64,000 nucleotides of DNA, taken from NCBI RefSeq assembly GCF_963676685.1, contig NC_092353.1, forward strand, positions 59,024,001 to 59,088,000, in the 5' to 3' direction. Under the pieces are notes generated by a model, which saw only the letters and a program-made list of their open reading frames with translations, had not been told where the DNA came from and ran no database searches. Position numbers and translations under genes: made by a program. Of the stretch, positions 60,369 to 64,000 are shown in pieces. The stretch is from Mytilus edulis (lineage: Eukaryota). Positions within the stretch are counted from its first letter, which is position 1; every line of letters begins with the position of its first letter.

Positions 60369-60952
60369 TTTAACCATTCCAGTGATTTATAATTTTCAAT
60401 GAAAAAAAATTTGTTATTTTCGATGAAAAAAAGGTTATTTTCAATGTAATATTTGTAATGTTCAATGAAATTTGCATTTTGAACTCAAATTATAGACCAC
60501 AAATTTATAGTTTGTCATATAATGCCTTTTATATTTATAACAAAATTAATGTACAGTAACTACCAAATTAATTATTTGAAGCATATTTCCAGTTTTCCTA
60601 GATTTTTTCATAACAAAAATCCTATTTTTACCCCAAAATAACGTTTTTGACATATATATGTCCTTTTTTGTTAAAACTCATTTCTTTTTGTATCATTGTC
60701 AATTGAATCACACACTGTTTGAATGATTTTACTACAAAATAAACTTGTTCTGGTCTATTTCCAGTTTTCAGCGATTTTTCTATAAAAGCCTGTATTTTAC
60801 CCCAAAAATAATCGTATTTTCGCACTTCAGATTTTGCAAGACTTTTAATTTGTGATAGAGGAGGCCATATTAACCTTTAAAATGAGACCAAATTTCTGTC
60901 TGTTGCAATTTGTTAAAGGTTGGGCTATTTTCGGGGTAGAATGACTGAACTA

Positions 60953-62700
60953 CATATTATATTCCTTGAGAGTTTGAACTTAAAAGTAGAGATGCCTTGT
61001 TTATCAAAAATTGACAAAAAACAACACACTACCGAGGAGGCAAATTCTTCTCGCTTATAACAAAAGTTCGCTGGGCAGTTAAAAGCGCCAATGGATGCAT
61101 TAAACAGTGGCGCTTTCTCGACAAAGTCTTTTCAAACCACTTCGTTCCCTATATTGGAGATTTTGTCAGAATTGTATCAAACGATGCTGTGTCAGGTGAC
61201 ATGGGCTGGAAACCACCATGTGTTAAACAGTGGATAAATATGTTTAGACACTGGTCCAAATGTACAAAAATGGACAATAATAGAATTAATTATAAAGTTT
61301 TTAAATGGTCAGTGATGAAAGGTAGTTGTAAATTAAAAAATTGGTGCTACAAAGTTATGGAGATGTTGAAATCATTTGATTTTGAAAGATATTGTAAAAT
61401 AAATGAAAATTTTCTTGATAGTTTTAGTATATCTCAGTTAGAAGAGAAAATGTTTGATAAATATAAAAAAGACTGGTGTACAAGAATTTTTTCATATAGT
61501 ACCGGTTGTAAATTGAGAACATATAAACTTTTTAAACATACTTATAACACTGAGCAATATTTGCTACAGAAAATGCCACAGCGCCATCGTAGTGCTTTTT
61601 CAAAGTTTAGATGTGGTGTAGTACCATTATAAATTGAAACTGGTCGATATGAAAGAAAAAATCTAGACGAAAGAGTCTGTTTTAACTGTAATATTTTAGA
61701 GGATGAAAAACATGTATTTTTAAATTGTCCCTTGTATGAAGATCTAAGACATGCACTTTTTATTGATATATTGTGTCATAATGATGTTTTTAAACTTGTC
61801 TGATGAAAAATTTACATATATGTTTAAAAATACCAATATTAGTAATATTGTTGCCAAAACCTGCAATAACATTTTAACAAGGAGAAACAGTATTTTATAT
61901 CATTAACTACTGTATTTGTAGTATTTTATAAAACGAATAAGTTTTATTTGTATTTTAATAGTCTCTCATAATTCTTTTAAGAATGGCACATACATGTATT
62001 TAATTGTTTTAACTATGTTTACTGTATAATTAATTTTATAATTGTATCTTGTTTTAATCATGTTGTATGTGGTGAGACTTTAATAAACTATTGAATCTGA
62101 ATCTGAATCTGCATTCATTAATTACTTCCCGGATCCACTGATTAATGACTTTTGCAATGAAGAGCTTGGCCAAACTATGCTGGATATAGCGCAGCTTGGT
62201 AACCAGGTACAGAAGTATGTCGAGGACAATAATTTAACTCGCAAAAATGCTATATATTCTGAAGTAAATGGCACGGAAAACCTTTTAGATTTTGCTAAAC
62301 TTACTTTCCAACAAATCAGAGATATCATCTGAAGCATGCCCCAATATATACAGAAAGCCATCTATCTGATGACAATAACTTGCTCCAGACTTGCCGTGAC
62401 CGACCTAATCTATTACGAGAAAAACTTATATATTCAGACATTCGTCCTCAAAAGTGTACAGTGTATGGATTGAATTATATTAGTGGAGATGAAGTCACCG
62501 GCTGGTACTGCACCTGTAAAGTTGGCGCCCGGGTGGTCGGTTGTTGTGCGCATATTGCATCTACAATATGGTACCTTGGTTATATCAAGTGGGAACTAGA
62601 GACACCAAGCTCGTGTAATTATGCAGATTCGATTTTCAATGCAAAGATGTGTCACTTGAAACTGATTCCGAATCTGATAGTGACGGTTTCATTGAGGAGT
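60953..62700 (+). pseudogene. DDE transposase remnant (DDE_Tnp_4, Harbinger/ISL2EU-like) with SWIM finger, split by the LINE
   Basis: QHTTEEANSSRL, KVRWAVKSANG..KQW..L..V..N..VPYIGDFVRIVS | AFINYF and GWYCTCKVGARVVGCCAHIASTIWYLG. Confidence 0.65.
61180..62110 (+). mobile_element. 5'-truncated non-LTR retrotransposon 3' end (RTE-X / CR1-group-like)
   Basis: AVSGDMGW...KLRTYKLFK...FRCGVVPL*IETGRY...RVCFNC..EDEKH...CPLY; AATAAA followed by a (GAATCT)3 tail. Confidence 0.82.
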
Positions 62701-64000
62701 GACTTTTTCTTGTCTTGCGAAATTCTATTAGCTATTAATGTTAAATACGGGTTTTTTTCTCGCTGATTGTAAATACTTTACTGTTAATTATCTGCTCACT
62801 AATTAAGATAAAGAATATGTTTGTACACATTTTTAATCACATGTAAGTTTTAGTCATAGCTTTAAAGGTGAAGTTTTATTCATGCAGGGGAACTTTTTAC
62901 AAAGAATGATTCTCATTGGTTCCACGAACATTCACAGAACATTGTTTAATTTTATTAAAGACCCAGGAGCAGGGCTGCCAATTATTTCATTGTTTATATA
63001 ATTGTTGTTTAATCATTGAATAAAACAATAGTTCAAGTTATGAATTATGATTTTTTTTAACTTATCTGCTTTAGGACAAGGGTTTAACCTAATACGTATG
63101 GTGTCATCATGAGAGGGCCTTGAAGGTCATTATAAATTTGAATTTTTGGTAAAAACTTTTTCGTAAGAGTAATTTTATTGTTTTTTTTTTGGGGGGGGGG
63201 GGGGTGGAGAGGTTGAAGTTCATACATCGAAAAGTCGATGCTATGCCATGGATACGGTTGCTAGGTAGTTTTCTAAGCATAAAAAGCTAACAAAAAGTAA
63301 GATATTTAATGTAATGTAATCACCTAACAATAGAAACCTAGCTTTGGTCAACACATTATTGATTGCATAAACCTTGCAGAGATATTAAAGGCTGTGGTTG
63401 CTAAGTATACATTGATGTTGCTAAGGGTCATTCTGGTGGCTAAGATGTTGATAAATACTGGTATAAATAGTTCAGATAAATGAGACATTACTGTTTGCGA
63501 TTTCCACATATGTATTATACAATGATACATTTTGATTCATATAAAAAAGACACATGTTTTGATAAATAAGGTTTAAGATAGCGTATAATTAGCAGATTTT
63601 AAATCTGTTGCTAGGCAACCAACAAATGATAATTACAAATAAAAACTGTCATTTTTTAAGCTTCTATATTTATTCTATTGAAATTATAAAATTCAATTCA
63701 TTTGAAGAGGGGGCAAAAATGGGCCTTATTGTACCTTGTCCTTTACCGTTACATAATGACTGGATGTAAAAGTACAGAGCCACGTCATATGTGTAACAAA
63801 GAAACAAGGGTTTTTAGACAAAGCCGTTTAAGCACATCGCAAAAATGAAAGACAAGCAAAAAACAAGTTTTCGAAGTAACCTCGAAAGGCATATCGACCA
63901 AGCACACAAACAACGATAACTGACAAGAATACGAGAATATCATAAACAATAATGACAGGATGTACAAATACCTCACGACAAGTATCTTTAAAACAATAAA

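Larger units (their letters stand above)
54996..60952 (+). mobile_element. Putative full extent of the Academ-like DNA transposon
   Basis: Right end ...CTGTTGCAAT...TGACTGAACTA (60952) resembles the 52971-53917 TIRs. The left end is degenerate (ttgcaacagaata at ~55050) and uncertain. Confidence 0.5.

Overview
AT-rich animal genomic DNA; the repeat families look like those of a mytilid bivalve (Mytilus-like), which is recognition from memory and was not verified. About 55 kb of the window is one minus-strand gene with at least 28 coding exons (54756 down to 179, possibly continuing past the left edge). It encodes a secreted mosaic protein of at least ~1,818 aa: signal peptide, 14 kringles (7 exons, two complete kringles each), 7 two-Cys mini-linkers and 13 six-Cys EB/EGF-like modules. 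All internal exons are phase 1-1 and in frame, and no protease or PAN domain is seen. The gene grew by nested tandem duplications, so paralogous introns give empty-site evidence for several insertions (a canonical Helitron, Helentron-type elements, a retrozyme). Two families of ~350-nt tandem repeats carry type I hammerhead ribozymes (retrozymes). They share a covarying ~57-nt pseudoknot-like motif, and their copies end immediately 5' of it. The right 9 kb holds nested decayed transposons: an Academ-like XPG/Cys-finger element, a foldback MITE, a 5'-truncated LINE and a DDE+SWIM transposase remnant. All coordinates, translations and alignments were read by eye.
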